DNA of 64,000 bases from Bugula neritina (Eukaryota; Animalia; Bryozoa): assembly GCA_964035545.1 (NCBI GenBank), contig OZ037768.1:22973319-23037318 (forward strand). The letters run 5' to 3'. Both the position numbers and the translations under genes were made by a program. The notes beneath the pieces were generated by a model. The model was not told the origin of the DNA. It searched no databases and saw only the letters and a program-made list of their open reading frames with translations. How positions within the stretch are numbered: the first letter of the stretch is position 1; the number at the start of each line of letters is the position of its first letter. Positions 12,501-25,600 of the stretch are shown one piece after another.

Positions 12501-15500
12501 CTAAGATGTTTTTAAAATTTGCTGTAAATTATTCAGGTGAAAGACAAGCAGTCAAAAGCAACTTCAAGTAAACAGGCACCAAGTCCAGCCAAAAAGGCGC
12601 CAAGTCTAGCCAAAAAGGCGCCAAGTCTAGCAAAAAAGGTGCTAAGTCCAGTTAAGAAGGCGCCAAGTCCAGTTAAAAAGGCACCAAGTCCAGTTAAGAA
12701 GGCACCAAGTCCAGCAGAAAAAGAATCGCCACTAAAAGAATCCACAAGTCCTGTGAAGAGACCCGCGAGTCCTGTTGAGAAGTCAAAATCTTCCCTTAAG
12801 ACCAAGAGGTTAGTGTTACATTATGTTCTTGTGTCTGCTGTCTACTTACACGGCATATGATCAATATGCAATCTCACCGTTTCTCACCGTAGATGTTATC
12901 CTCCTGGCGGGTAACGAGGGTTCTGCATAGCATGTGTGTGTATAAGAGATATAAAAGAGAATAGGAAATTGTGTTTTTCTTTTTTATTTAAATTGCAGAA
13001 ATCATAAATAAAAATTACAATCATAACATAATTTTTTTTAAAATGATTCACAAGTAGGTAATTGACTCATTGTTTTCTAATGCAGGTTTTTTGGTTGTTT
13101 TGCCATATTTTTGCACATAAGTATTTTAATGCACTAGTTGACAACTTAAATAAGCATTACATGATTTAGTTTAAAAATCATTAGAATATTTTTATATATA
13201 TTTACATGGATGAACAGAACTACAATGTTTCATTATATACAAGTGATAACATAATTATATACAACAGCTAAAAATATGTCTAGTCGTGGAAAGAGCGGAA
13301 GTATGGGTAGATTACTCTAACAAATAGCCTGAAAACATTGTATAGTCATTCATAAGGGCTGATCCTTTGTTCAGTTGTATCCATATCCGATCGTCTCTCA
13401 CCAGTTCGAGTATAACCGTAGTACCTCCTGTTCCGTACCTGCCCGACAAATACATTCGGCATTATAATAAACTAAGCTGCAACATTGATTAAAAAACTTT
13501 TTTAATTTTAATTTTTTTGTTATTCTACTCAGTGCGGTGTTTACAAGACATACTATGTTGCTCTCGATAGCAATGTTTTCGATAACCGTACCCGTTTCTG
13601 GCGTCCCCAAACACCGGCAGGTAGTGACGCTCGTTTAGCATTAGCCAGGCGTAGCAGTCCGTGTTTTCTTGTGACATCACGTGTAAGTGGAATATGTAAG
13701 TTCCGTTGCCGAGCACTTCAAACTGAGACGTCTGTGTGTTGAAACTAAATAATAATTGAGTTTAATCATTTTTAAAATATATATTACAAAAGGCTACAAG
13801 TGAAATAATAACAGTGTGCTTTATAAAATCTGAGATTTTAATTTAACTTCAAACTGAATTAGTGAAAACTGTTCACCATACCTTTTTCCAATGTTGGTGA
13901 AGATCTTGTCAAATGTAACTGTGGTGTCATCAGTCACTGGGCCTAACTTATTTCGTCTGGATACACTGAATGCGACGCTAGCTCTTCCTGAATGCCTACT
14001 TATTCTAGCGGGTCCACCAGCATCTCCTTTTTCTCCCTTCTCTCCTCTTACTACTGGCCCTTAATATAAAGTGTATAGCATTCTTTCAGTTTTCCATGCA
14101 GATTAATTATATTATAATAATAATTTAAACATGCAGTTGGTTTTAAATAGGCAGCATGTCTTGTTATGAACTTCAAAGACTTTTGTTTGTTGGCCTACAA
14201 ACAAAACCAATTTCCTTCCTAGTGGTTTTCTTATACTTCAGGTTTTTAGTGCCGCCTTCTAATAGAGCTATTTTTGTTCAAAGATTATAGAAAAATCTAT
14301 GATATGCAAATACTATAAGCTCTATATGCATATTTGAAACTAATTTTCATTGGAAAATCAATATAATTCTACCAAATTTGCAACTACCTTATATTTGAGT
14401 TTCAGATATATTCAGGTCGCAAGCCTTTCATCAAAGTTATTACATTAATATTGTTTATGATTGCTAGGTTTGTGATAGAAATTCTAAGACCTCTACAAAT
14501 GTTTTATTAGTAGCTTAAATCCGGCAATTCGAGTTGTTACTAAAGAAAATTATTGATAATTTATAATTGATTGTAATAGAATTAACAAAGGTAACAAGTC
14601 TATGCTGTGGCTAAGCCATCCATTTGAGTCTCAAGTGCTAGTTTAGGTATGAATAGAAACCTGCTACTATATAATATCAAGGACACTCGTGTGTTCATAC
14701 ATTAATTATACAATGCAAATATCAAGTTTAAACCAACTCAATTTAACAGGCTTCTAAGCTTTTTCTATGTAATAGTTTTGTTACCTGGAGGTCCAGGTTG
14801 TCCCTGCTCACCAGCATGACCTTTTCGACCTCTGGATCCACTCATACCTATTGGGCCTGAAAACGAATAAGAATACTGATGATAGTATCAAGTGGGTGTA
14901 GATTTATGGGATTGGAAATTGGGGAAAAGGTTCAAAAAAATAATTTACCAGGTGGACCCTGCATTCCCATTGGACCAGCAGAGCCTGGTAGACCTGGTAG
15001 ACCATCTCTTCCATGCAATCCATTGGCTCCCGGGACACCTGGAGTTCCTATCGTGCATACACTTCTGCTACACGGGCAGTTATTGTCCTCCATGGATCCT
15101 TTGTCACCTTTCAGTGAGATGCTGTTAGCTCTACATATGCATATAAATAGACTGTCAACTTGTGAAGAATAACTTAAAATAGTTTAGCTACAAAGTTTAT
15201 TTATATCTAATAAACATAAATTGAACATAGAAGAAAATAGCTATTGCCATGATTGGGGATGCAGGACCCATCACCTGCTAGCTTCCTCTTAAATCAATAC
15301 TTGAATGACAAATTCTGATTTAGTGTCACCATTAGCAGTTGTTGCATTTAGTTCAAAGACCAAATATTTCAGCAGAAATCTCCCGAGGTAGCAAAAACTG
15401 GTTTCTATGGAATCAAAATGCTTTTGATGTCTTTGAAGCTACCAGTGGTATATAATTTTATTATGTTAACATTATATAATGGTGCAGTTCGGAGTGATTC

Positions 15501-18500
15501 ACTTTCACTGTCAACTTTTGCCAAATCTCTTTCATGATTTGCTAATTGTTTTACCACCAGTGTTCTAATGTCACTTGCCAACTTATTTGGAAAAGCAAAA
15601 CTGTTCAAAGTTTTCACCAAAATTATTTTTAGTTTGAAAATTTGCTTAGTGATTTTTTTCTCATGCATTGATGTAGACTATCACCTTGTTAATGTTGCGG
15701 TTTTTCTGCAATATTTGACTAACCATAATGCTGGTGAGAGTAAATAGCTTTATTGGAGGCAAAAAGCAAACTTGAAAAGATAGATAGCTTAATGATGAAC
15801 AAACATTCTAGCATCATCTGAAGACTTTAACAAATACTTGGCATTTATAATGGATTATGACTAGATTAGCTACTGGTCACAATTAACTCAGGAGTAACAG
15901 GTATAGTGGGGGCTGTACACTGATAAGAAAGTGTTTGCCCAGACCAATTAATGGAAAAATACTTTCAAATAATCATTTTATAAGCATTTTTTTTATAAAT
16001 GACTATGATGAGCAAGCATAATTAAGGTCATTCTAATTTAATGTTTATTATACTCCACTTACGTTGGTTGTATGTCTTGTCCCCTCACTTGAAATAGTAC
16101 TATCATATTTGTGAATGTCATGTAACATATAAATCTGTGTACAAACATTTTGAGAGTTTCTACAAGTAATAGCAACTTCTGAAATAACATGTTGTTACAC
16201 TTGCCATTATTGTTGCTAACAAATTATAAAAACAAGATGAATAATCTAAACATACAACAATAAATTTTCCCACAATAAAAATAACTTACTCCATAATAAC
16301 AATAACTTACCCCACAATAACTTACTTCACAATAACTTACTTCACAAAACTTACAGCAAATAATTATTAATATTATATATTTAAATAATTGGAATATCTA
16401 TTGCAGTTTTCAAGCTTGAATGAACAGAGCGATATTTGTTTCATATATTATACCTATTGAATAGTAGTATATAGCAACAACTCATCAAATGCTCAGCCTG
16501 TCATTGGTCGATTCTACATCCTACCAACCAATGAACAGCATTTATAATATTACTATATACAAGACATCCTAAACTTTTAATCAATGTATCTACATTTTAA
16601 CTCCACTGAAGTGAAAAGTAACAGGAGAACTGACTAACGTTACACATGCACAATGAAACTAATCTTAAAAAGGATCTTTCTTCACAACATTTGGAATTTC
16701 TGTAATTAAATAATATAAAAACATCACTTATCTGGTCACATGTAATAGAGCTTGGAAACTAATAGAGAAGTTATTCTAATATTATGATGAGGTAGATTGA
16801 GGAGGTTCTGCTATCATTGCATACATTCTGATCTTAAATTTCAGACAGCTAGGAAAAATACACAACACCTAGGGAAACAACTTTACGTATAGGCTTTAAC
16901 ACAAGCTGGTGTTGAAAAATTACATTCATTCTGGTTTTATTGGAACCATTTCATACTAAACACCTTTTAACTTGGCAGCATAATTCTAAGCTGGGTTGAT
17001 GCCATGATATGTCAAACAGTAATAATAATTAAATAAGCAAGGCTGTAGCACTTGCTATGTGCTGTCTCTTAGCTTGCACAGTCAAGTCTCAGAACAAACA
17101 TGGAACATGATCTTGTGAGCAAGGACTTGGACACTTGACATCAAGTGCTCTTCAGCGATTAAAGTGTTAGCTGGTAGTAATTGTGAGCACCTGTCTTGTA
17201 GTATTGGACTTCCTTTCCTTCTCAACACGCTTTATGCCAGACTACTACAATTCAGACTCTATTAATTATGATATTTAATACTTTGTTGTGTTTTATATGT
17301 TTCACACTTTTATAATTAAAGGCTCCACAAAAAAATTCTTGCAATTGTGGAACAGGTAAACATTGGTGCAAACGGGTTTCTTTCCATGTGGTGGGAAAGG
17401 CAATGGGGGATTTAAAAATGTCTTTCCTAGACAATCTTACAATTACTAATTATAAATGTCACAAAATTTGACAGAAAATACTTTTTGTCCATGTAACAGC
17501 AGGCATCTTGTTGCCAACAGGAGATATGTATACAAATAAATAAATATTGTATCAATTGCAGTGATTTCTCCCATGCCTTTGGCATTTCGGCTAATGACAT
17601 TTGAAACAAGTGCTACTGGGTGTAATCTCTTGATTGGCAGATGTGGTTAGTCCCTTGACTGTAATAAATCACATTAACGTGCTGCTAAATCAACTATTAG
17701 CATACCAAATCTGTTTCTTTCATTCAGCAACCATCTTCTAATTGCATGTAAATAAACATAATAACAAAAATTGAAATGTTAAGCACTTGGCTGGTTTACA
17801 TGATTGCTAGTCCTGTACAAGTTTTTATAATGGTTTTTTGATTGTTCACCAAGTTTTGGTGCTATTCCATGTTCCTTCATCTATTTAAAAGGAAGAACTG
17901 AAATTTTATAAAAAACTATTCAACTTAAATTAATTCTTGATAGTAATAAGCAGATTATATAGGAATAAGTCATAACTGGTGCTCATGGTTTCTATGCTAC
18001 TTTAAAACCCCTGTCTTCATATTTAAGGCCAGATATTTATTGCTATAAAAAAGCCTGTATCAAGGCTTGTATAACAAAATGTGACGTATTCAAAGATTTT
18101 TTTACAAGTGTTTCTAGAAGCTGAATGCCAACATAGGTTGACATTTCAAGTTATGATGAGTCAGAAAAATCAATATGATTGAATCACTAAATCAGCATGA
18201 CTCATAATCTGGAGACCATGAGGGAGTTGTCTTACTCCTATCAATATAATTTAAATTGTATTCCGTTAGTTTCTAATGTTAATCTTCTAGTAACCAGAAT
18301 GCCATGGCCAACTTTTTCTCTAAGAAGCCAAAAAGCGATGATGTGACAGAGCAGAACTCTGGAGCGGATTATGATCCTAGCAAGGCTCGCTATCATCCTG
18401 TAGAAGATGCTTTCTGGAAAAAAGGGGTGGAGTATGTATATACAAGAGGGGTAATTCCCAAAATTATTAATAAAAGTTATATGCTTAAAATATTCATGTT

Positions 18501-19615
18501 TATTTTATGTGTTATATTATGCCATGTTATATTATGTTATGTTATATTGTATTATATATTATACTATATTGTATTGTGTTACATAGTATACTATATTATA
18601 TTGTGTCACATAGTATACTATATTATATTGTGTTACATATTATACTATATTATATTGTGTTACATAGTATACTATATTATATTGTGTTACATAGTATACT
18701 ATATTATATTGTGTTACATATTATACTATATTATATTGTGTTACATAGTATACTATATTATATTGTGTTACATAGTATACTATATTATATTGTGTTACAT
18801 AGTATACTATATTATATTGTGTTATATATTATACTATATTATATTGTGTTACATAGTATACTATATTATATTATGTTACATAGTATACTATATTATATTG
18901 TGTCACATATTATACTATATTATAGTGTGTTACATAGTATACTATATTATATTATGTTACATAGTATACTATATTATAGTGTGTTATATAGTATACTATA
19001 TTATATTGTGTTACATAGTATACTATATTATATTGTATTATATATTATACTATATTATAGTGTGTTACATAGTATACTATATTATATTATGTTACATAGT
19101 ATACTATATTATATTGTGTTACATATTATACTATATTATAGTGTGTTACACAGTATACTATATTATATTGTGTTACATATTATACTATATTATATTGTAT
19201 TATATATTATACTATATTATAGTGTGTTACATAGTATACTATATTATATTATGTTACATATTATACTATATTATATTGTATTATATATTATACTATATTA
19301 TAGTGTGTTACATAGTATACTATATTATATTATGTTACATATTATACTATATTACATTGTATTATATATTATACTATATTACATTGTATTACATATTATA
19401 CTATATTATATTGTGTTACATAGTATACTATATTACATTGTATTACATATTATACTATATTATATTGTGTTACATATTATACTATATTATATTGTGTTAC
19501 ATATTATACTATATTATAGTGTGTTACATAGTATACTATATTATATTGTAGTGTTCCATATTTAGCCTTGGCAAAGACATTCCAGCACATTGAAGACACC
19601 AGTGGCAGGTGATAT

Positions 19616-19646
<31 letters not shown>

Positions 19647-22600
19647 TGAGAGAACTACAAGTAGATGATGCAAAGTTCATTAGTCTCTACTCTCTGCGTG
19701 TATTTTTAGCTTTAGAAATTCAAATGCTATTACTTTCGATTTCTGACAGTCATTTAAAGTTAATTATATTTTCACTTCAGTGTCATTAGTTTATAATATT
19801 GCGAGGCTGCAGTGAAATGTTATGCAATAAAGTTGTTTCAACTTATTATCGAAAATCAATGTTGGTTCATATTTTCGTCCCGTTTGTGTTTACAGGCTGA
19901 AGATTGTGGAAATGCTGAGTAACTTTTTTCGCTCGGTGATCATTCTCAGTCCCAATGATCTCTTACAGTGTATATATTTGTGTCTCAATAAGACAGCCCC
20001 GGCCTACGAGGGAGTCGAGTTGGGTATTGGTGACGCCATCCTCATCAAGGCTCTGGCTGAAGCCACTGGTAAGCTGTGTTCATACCATAAATGGAAAATA
20101 TTACCATATATGGTCATTGTTACCATATTTGTACATACAACCAACATCAGTTGACCAATAAGTATTAAAATAACTTTTTATCATTTTAAAGAGTTGAGCA
20201 TCTTGCAAAACAGTAGTTTTTTCCTAAATTTTATTACGCTTTCAAACTATATCTAGTTTTTGCCGATTTATGTTTTTTTTTCAAATTTGACAATTTTTCA
20301 AAATTCATCTACGAATAATGTAATAATTATTTATTTCTGTTGGGGGGGGGGTGTGTTGATAATAGTTCCATAAAATGATCCCATGAACTCATGCTATTTA
20401 TTAGTCCAATGCTCAAAGTGGTCACATGTCACATCTGTTCTCTATGTTGAGATGCTGTCTGAGTGGTATAAATATGTGTTGCATTAAAAGATGTGCGTTG
20501 AGGGAATATTTACTTCCTTTTGGATGACGAATTCTATACTCCGTATCCCCCCAGGGGGGTGGCATGACAGTTTCCTTCGAGAAAAATATTTTAACTTTGC
20601 ATATTTTAATAAAAACACTTCAATTTGAGTTTAAATCTTCAACAATTTGTGTATTGTATTCGGTTATTTTTATTACATAAGAAATGTTTCTGCTTTTTAT
20701 TTGGTGAATATTTAATGAAGTTAATGACTCATAGACCAGTGAATGACCTCGACAATTTGGTGTAGACTGTTTTAATTACCAATTAAAATTTGAAAAACAA
20801 AAACTCAATCAATCTATGCTGTTGAATAATTAGCATGTTGTTTGGATGTTCGCAGGTAGAAATAGCAGCCAAATCAAAGCAGAGGCACAGAAAAAGGGTG
20901 ACTTGGGCCAAGTGGCTGAGGTGGGTCAAAGATGCTTACTTTCAATTGGTCGCTGAAATAAAATGAGCCAATCAAATTAAATAAACCCCAGATATTTATA
21001 ATTCTAATGTGTTGGTACTAACTTTTCACATATTAAATTGTTGCACATTATGATCCAAATTGCCACTATGTTAGTTACTACTGTGTGAAATGGTAACGCC
21101 AGACTGACTAAAGTAAAAGTGTGGCCTAGCAATACAAGTGCCTCTCAATGCCCTCGTTTGACTTTCTATCCGCTGATATGGAAGGGTTTGAGCCTTGTGA
21201 GTGAAGAACCCTTGACTTGCATCAACAATGATTATCTTAGCACCTACTCAATTAAAGAGGCAAACTAACACAGAGCTGAAGAGTTGTTCACACCTTCTAC
21301 TGTGTAAACATCTTACTTGCTCCTTAACAGTCCCTGTGTGTATTAGCTTTAAGTCTTGTATATTCATACATGAAATTAAATCTTATATGGTATTATAGTG
21401 TTATAGTATTATTGTGTGATTTGCATGTAGATGGTGTTACACTACCTTATAGTTATTATATAACCTACACTGTTCTATATTGTAGGTGTATGACTCACAT
21501 TGTACTATAATTTATTGTGTGGATATTACACGCATTTATGTTATATTTACAGCATTATTTGAACCTAATTTTTCTGCCTTATTGTGATATCAAGGAGTTG
21601 TCCCATTTTTCTTTATAAAAATGAATTTGTTTATTTAAAAATGTAATTTTGAGTATTACAACTGTTAATTGTAATACTCGGAGGCAATATGTTTGTGACC
21701 TTCTGCATACAAAATTTTCTTAAATTCCAAATCTAAATGTTTAGCTGGGTAAAAATAAGCTAGTTTTTAAGCAAATATTGAGAAGACAATTTTATATTTG
21801 CCTGAAATATATTTCCTAGGAGAGTCGTTCAACGCAGAAGACGTTCTACACGCCCCCTCCACTCACTATCAAAGCCGTGTTTAAGAAGCTCAAAGCCCTA
21901 GCAATGATGTCTGGGAATGCCGTAAGTCAATAACCCGTGCTAGTGGAAAGACAACTTCTGTTATCTTCAGTTATATACTAATATTATGTTGGTGGTAAAT
22001 ATTGTGAACATTCTATGCGACATGAAATGTTCAATTCATTTTGTATTTTCAAGAAATTTTGCTGTCTAATGAATCGTCACTCACAGTTTCCGAAATTAAA
22101 TAGCATCCTCTATGGCCCCTAATATTGTTGATAGCAAATTGTGTGTCTTTTGCAAGTACATCGGTATTTATCTAATAGGTTCTCATGGGTTGATTGTTCA
22201 CTGATGATTTTCACTATATATTTGCAGTTGTTTGCACATTTCCTTTCACTCACCCCTTACAGTCAACTGTTGTTCGTTACAGACCCAGGCTAATAAAGTA
22301 AATAATATAAAGGGAATGCTGATTGCCTGCAAGCACTGCGAGGCCCGCTATCTGATTCGCTCTCTCGGTGGGAAACTGAGGATAGGTTTGGCAGAGCAAA
22401 GTGTTCTGCAAGCGTTAGCTCAGGCTGTCGTACACACCCCACCCAACTCAGGTGATTTTCTGTTAGGATCTACAGCTAATTGTTTCATCGATAGGTTCTG
22501 TTTTGTTGTAGAGAGTGAGTGATTGAGTGAGTGAGTGAGTGAGTGAGAGAGAGAGAGAGTGAGTGAGTGAGTGAGTGAGTGAGTGTGTGTGTGGGTGGGT

Positions 22601-25600
22601 GAGTGGGTGAGTGAGGGAGTGAGTGAGTGAGTGAGTGAGTGAGTGAGTGAGTGAGTGAGTGAGTGAGTGAGTGAGTGAGTGAGTGAGTGAGTGAGTGAGT
22701 GAGTGAGTGAGTGAGTGAGTGAGTGAGTGAGGAGTGAGTGAGTGAGTGAGTGAGTGTGTGGGTGGGTGGGTGAGTGAGAGAGTGAGTGAGTGAGTGAGTG
22801 AGTGAGTGAGTGAGTGAGTGGGAGAGTGAGGAGTGAGTGAGAGAGAGAGTGAGTGTGTGGGTGGGTGAGCGAGTGAGTGAGTGAGTGAGAGAGTGGGTGT
22901 GTGGGTGAGCGAGTGAGTGAGTGAGTGAGTGAGTGAGTGAGTGAGTGAGTGAGAGAGAGAGTGAGGAGTGAGAGAGTGAGTGAGAGAGTGAGTGAGGGAG
23001 TGAGTGAGTGAGTGAGTGGATTAATGGGCAAGTGCTTTGCCAGTAAAGTAATTCATGATGGAATAATATACTTGTTATCATTTTGATTAGTAAATTCTAT
23101 GTCCACATCAACAGTAAATTATTGAATTTAAAAATGTTGTTTTATGCACTCTGTAATTGGTAACTCTTATGTTTGTTTGTTTGTTTGTTTGTTTGTATTT
23201 TCATCAAATTTTATGTATATTATTTGTTTATATAATTACTAGACAACCTGTAGGTGTAGTACCTAACCAGTGTGCATATATAATATATATAATAATGATG
23301 CTTTCACTGTAGAGGAAATGGTGATAGACGCAGTTAAAGGAATGTCACCAGAAAAACTTAAAGTAAAGTACAACGAAGCAGCATTAATTGTGAAGACAGT
23401 ATTTTGGTTAGTTATCTCCCCTGTCTTAAGTGTGTTGATGCCATCAGTTGTGAGAATACGGATACCTCGAAGTTTCAAACTGATAATTAAAATCATGGAA
23501 AATGACACGTGTTGAACATCTGGGTTCATTTTAAATTTTTTTTTTATAAGATTTAAAGTTGTTTCTTTCTTTTGATAATCTATACAGTGCTGTGCCAAGT
23601 AAGATGTCCTAATTTGTTAACAGTTTTATATTTTAATAATTGTTGCTAATTTGAACATTTTTAGTTGTTGTATGAGTTATAAGTTCAATAGAATAAATAG
23701 CATACATTTATATATTATATTACATATATAGTATATATTTCAGTAACTTCGATGTCAATGTATTCTAAATTACAAAGGTGTGGGCCATGGTGCTCTGTTT
23801 TGTGCTGTTGCACACAGATTGAGTTATTATCACTGCTATATATATTATTATATATTACAGTGAATGTCCCAACTATGATAAGATAATTCCCGTTCTGTTG
23901 GAAAAAGGACTGGAATCTCTCCCTGAGAATTGCAAGTTAACTCCAGGTACGTCAGAATTACCTTAAAGTATTACATAATATATATCCTGTATTTTATTGT
24001 ATAATATATGTCTTGTATATGTGTTCTGTGTTATATTATACAATGCGTATATGATATACATGTATAACCTACTTTATATTCTAAAAGTTAGGAGTTATAT
24101 TATAAAGTGGTAGGTGTGTATTGTGCAGTATATTATGATGTATTTGTGTAGCACACAAATACATCATAATATAATGGTGTTATATGTAATGTGGTACTAT
24201 AATACATTATGATATATAATATATTATATAGATATAAACAGTAATATAATAATATATTACACAATACAGGTATACCTCTCAAACCAATGTTGGCTCATCC
24301 AACCAAAGGGGTGAGTGAAGTATTCAAGAGATTTGAAGATAACCAATTTACCTGCGAGTATAAGTATGACGGGGAGAGAGCGCAGGTAATTATTTCAGTA
24401 TCAAACTTCTATCGCTCCGTTTCGTTTTGAAACTGCGAGGCATTTCCTGTCACGAGTTCAACTTCCTGTTTGAACAGATCCATGTGCTCGAGGGAGGTGA
24501 GATTCACGTGTACAGTAGAAACCAGGAGAACAACACGTCTAAGTACCCGGATATTATATCTCGAATGCCGGCAATACTGAAGGAGGGGATAACTTCCTGT
24601 ATTATAGACTCTGAGGCTGTAGCCTGGGATACTGAGAAACAGCAAATTCTACCCTTTCAGGTCCTCAGTACAAGAAAACGCAAGGTAAGTGGCTAAAAAT
24701 ATTACCGTCTGAGATTTCATTTGTTTGCCAATGGCATAGTAGAGATAGAAATTATGCTTTAACTAACTTTATTATAAAAATATTTGCTCGTTGTAATCAT
24801 AATGTGTTATTTAATATTGTAAGTAATATATTAATACATGTGTTATTTTATATAGTGATTATATAACATTTAATTGAGTACTAAAATATGTTATTTAATA
24901 TAGTAAAATATTATGTAATGTAGTAGTATGTGGTATAGTAATATATCATTTAATGTAGTAATATATAATAATAATATGTTATGTTATTTAATATAATACT
25001 ATATCCCATGTGATGTAGTACTACAATAATATATGTTTTATAAAGTAGTAATACAATAGTATGTGTTATGATATAGTAACAAAATATAGTTGCATATAAC
25101 AGGATGCTAATGAGTCAGAGATCAAGGTGCAGGTCTGTGTCTATGCCTTTGACCTTCTCTATCTCAACGGAAAGTCTCTCGTTAAAGAGACGTTCAGGAA
25201 GAGGCGGGACCTTCTGCATTCCTCCTTTGTAGAGACTCCCGGACAATTCGTGTTTGCAACTTCCTCTGATTCCACAGACACCGACGCCATCTCGGAGTTC
25301 CTTGACGAGTCTGTCAAAAGTGAGTTGTGGTTGATTTGTTGCTATGTTTACATGAATGTTGCTATGGTTACCTGAATGTTGCTATGGTTACCTGAATGTT
25401 GCTATGGTTACCTGAATGTTGCTACGGTTGCTCAACAGTTGTTATAGACACACAATCAGGGTTTAAAGTTTTCTCTAGTTCATTCTCTCAATTATTTTTT
25501 GAACACAACAATGCTTGAATTCATGTTTGTATATCTATAGACAATATTGCATTTGTAAAACTTTACTTACTTTATACTAGCCTTCAGGCAAAATAAACTA

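Noticed and set aside
12533-12805. 90-aa minus-strand ORF with GLGAFL repeats
   Set aside because: Antisense shadow of the LIG1 heptad-repeat exon.
14879-15172. Plus-strand Pro/Gly-rich ORF
   Set aside because: Antisense shadow of the collagen exon of the nested C1q gene.
15405-15668. 87-aa minus-strand ORF in the C1q gene intron
   Set aside because: No recognisable homology, and the flanking exons join in phase without it.
18150-18215. ATGATGA with a short inverted repeat, resembling a box C/D snoRNA
   Set aside because: No correctly placed box D (CTGA) or terminal stem.
18304-19565. 415-aa and 352-aa ORFs as standalone membrane proteins
   Set aside because: A LIG1 exon plus a 27-bp satellite intron. 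The conserved LIG1 sequence resumes at 19552.
22420-23081. His/Ser/Leu/Thr-rich ORFs of about 200 aa
   Set aside because: Translation of the (GAGT)n microsatellite.
25338-25431. Regular repeat arrays here and at 3794 and 45135 as CRISPR-like loci
   Set aside because: Head-to-tail repeats without unique spacers, in eukaryotic introns, with no cas genes.
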